Below, piece by piece: positions 61,410-64,000 of a stretch of 64,000 bases of DNA; within the stretch, counting starts at the first letter, position 1, and every line of letters starts with the position of its first letter. The stretch covers positions 17,112,001 to 17,176,000 of the forward strand of contig NC_083417.1 in assembly GCF_020745735.1 (NCBI RefSeq), given 5' to 3'. This stretch comes from Hemiscyllium ocellatum. Lineage: Eukaryota. A program made the position numbers and the translations under genes. A model generated the notes under the pieces. It was not told where the DNA came from. It worked only from the letters and a program-made list of their open reading frames with translations, and did no database searches.

Positions 61410-63845
61410 ATTAGAAATGCAGGAAGAGGAGTGGGCCATTTGGCCCCTTGAGCTTGCTCTACCATTCAAAAGACCATGGCTAATCTGTACCCTAACTCCA
61501 TATCCTTTGATACCATTGCTTAATAAAATGTGTTCACCTCAGATTTAAGTTTAACAAATTGAATTAGCATCGACTGCTGTTTAAGGAAAAGAGTTTCAAA
61601 CCTCCATCTTTCTTTGAATGTAGAAGTGCTTTCTCGATCTCCCCTGGTCTGACCCTAATTCTCAAGCTATACTCCCCATTCTAGGATCTTCAACTAGTGG
61701 AAATTGTTTATCTTTAACTACCCTGTCTTTACTGAAGATCTAGATTAGATCACTTTTTAACCTTCTAAATTCTAGAGAATAAAGGCCTCATTTGTCTAAT
61801 CTTTTTTCATAACTTAACCCCTGAAGTCCAGATATCGCCCTTGTGATCCTGTGTTGAACTCCCTCCAGGGTCAAAATATCCTTCCTAAGGTAGAATACTG
61901 TTAGCCCACATCTGCTAACAGTATTCTAAGTGGAGTCTAAATTTTTGATTACCGCAGCACAATGTATACATCTTAATACTTCAGCCTTTTAGACATAAAG
62001 CATTTCATGAGTCTTCTTGATTTCTTTCTGGACCTGTTTGTGGCATTTTAAAGACCTAAGCACCTGAACCCCCAACTCCCATTGAACATCCACTATGTTT
62101 GACTTTGTGCCTTCAAAAAAAACCCTAATCTATCCTTTTTTGGTCTGAAATAGATAATCTCACACTTGCTTATATTAAAATGCATCTGCCACAGCTTTGC
62201 CTGTTCACCAAATCTATCCATATCTTCTCGTAATTTTATGCTGCCATCAATCCTGTCTACAATGCTGCCCAATTTTATCAGCAAATTTGGATGTTTGACT
62301 TCTTAACGTAGTTATCCAAGACGTTAATGAATATTGTGAATAACTGAGGCCCCAACACATTTCACTGTGGAACATCCCTTGTCACTCCCTGTCAATTTGC
62401 ATACTTACCCATTATTTCAAATCTCTGATTTTTGCCACTCAACTAATTTTCGATCCACATCAGTAATTTGCCCCCAGTTCTGTGCCCTTCAACCTTAACT
62501 AACAGTCTTTTGTGTGGCACATTATTAGAAGCTTTCTTGAAGTCCACATAAACACCATCCATCAACCTATCTCTGTCCACCACCTTTGTTACATCTTCAA
62601 AAAACTCTACAAGGTTTGCCAGACATGACTGACCCTTCATGAATCCATGCTGACTCTCCCTAATTAACCAAAATTTTTGAGGTGATCAGTTCAGCTATCC
62701 TTAATTATAGATCCCAACAATTTCCCTACCACATGTCAAGGTAACTTGTCTGTAATTTCCTGATTTCCCTCAGTGACCTTTCTTAAAGAGTGGAGCTATG
62801 TGAGCAACTTTCCAAACCTGAGGTACAACGTCTAAATCTAGGAAACTCCGAAAGATTCTTGTTCGGGTATTAGTAATGTTTTCCCTTACCTTTAATGCCC
62901 ATGGTTGGGCATTAAAGTCCTGCAGACTTCTTATTCTTAACTTTCACTAATTTCCCCATTATTGATGATTTACTTCAGCTAATTTTATTTAACCCTGTTC
63001 CTGATCCTCTGTTAATTTCTTTGAAACGTCCAGGAAATTGTCCTCCTTTTCTGCTCTAAATACTGAAATAAAATAATCATGCGAAAAGAGGCCATTCAGC
63101 CCATCAAATGTGCACTGACCTTCCAAAGTGCATCCCATCCAGACCTAGCTCCGCATCCTATCCCTGTAACCCCTGCATTTACCATTGCTAACCCACCTCG
63201 CCTATACATCCCTGGGACACCACAGGGCAATTTTAGGGTGACCAGTCCACCTAACGTGCACAGGCTTGGAGTGTGGGAGGAAATCTGAGCATCCAGTAGA
63301 AACCCACACAGACACAGGAAGAATGTGCAAACACCATGCAAACAGTTGCCTAAGGTTGGAATTGATTGTGGGTCCCTGGCATTGTCAGGCAGCAGCGCTA
63401 ACCACTGAGCCACCATGTCACCCATTATCCAGTATGTCAATGGTCAATGCTAATATTCCTGATTATTATTGCTCTGCTTTTGCTTCACGATTGCCTAACA
63501 TCAACATTTATCTGATCTGCTACAGGTGGTCTATTGTGGTTTCAGTTCTTTTATGATTCCTCACTTCCCATAAGGCCTTCACTGGGGGCTTTCCCCTCAT
63601 TACATCCTCCCTCACCATAGAAGTGATTCTGTTTCTAACACGTAATGAAACTCTACCTCCTTTGCCTTTTTCTCTATCCCTTCTGTAAACCTTTATGAAG
63701 TGGTATGTTTAGTTCACAGTCCTGACCACTGTGCAGCCATGTCTCCATAATGGCTACAATACCACAGTTTCCATTTTGAAGCTGAGTCTGTAGCTCATTT
63801 AATTTGTTCCATACACTCTGTGCATTTGTATAAAGAACCTTAATG
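61410..63845 (-). mobile_element. Old degraded CR1-clade LINE, interrupted by an HE1 SINE (minus, ~63078-63423)
   Basis: LYTNAQSVWNKLNEL..IVAIMETW (endonuclease N-terminus); SCLANLVEFFEDVT..VYVDFKKA..VPH; WQMHFNISKCEII. Confidence 0.8.
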
Positions 63846-64000
63846 TAGACTGTGCAGTCTGTTCTGACCTTCGGCATCTTTTTATTATTTCTCCCTCCTG
63901 TCTTTCGCGATACATTTTTTATAGTCCTATCTTATTCATTATACTGGTTCCGCTTCTTCATCTTATTAACCTCTACCATCTCATCACAAGCTGACCTGCT

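Overview
Repeat-rich vertebrate genomic DNA, almost certainly from a shark or other elasmobranch (HE1-type V-SINEs, abundant CR1-clade LINEs). Two nuclear genes lie head-to-head. EMC8 is on the minus strand (coding exons 1-4 at 10270->335; the last exon is off the left edge). COX4I1 is on the plus strand and complete (non-coding exon 1 near 28.8 kb, four coding exons 34361-43142, 168 aa). Unlike the compact shared promoter of mammals, the two promoters are about 18 kb apart. Each has an upstream tandem array (a ~31-bp-periodic CCAAT-box array at EMC8, a 37-bp minisatellite at COX4I1) and a downstream G-rich tract (a ~1-kb telomere-like TTAGGG-containing array in COX4I1 intron 1). The spacer holds an internally deleted endogenous retrovirus (LTR fragment, env remnant, PPT, LTR). 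The most striking non-genic signal is at least four distinct families of short Penelope-like elements, often fold-back and with 10-16 bp target-site duplications, each carrying a minimal type I hammerhead ribozyme motif with co-varying stems and a loop-less palindromic helix III. A CpG-rich, motif-dense segment at 57.6-58.9 kb is a candidate regulatory element, possibly for IRF8 by synteny. Repeat boundaries were read by eye and are approximate; no database searches were run.
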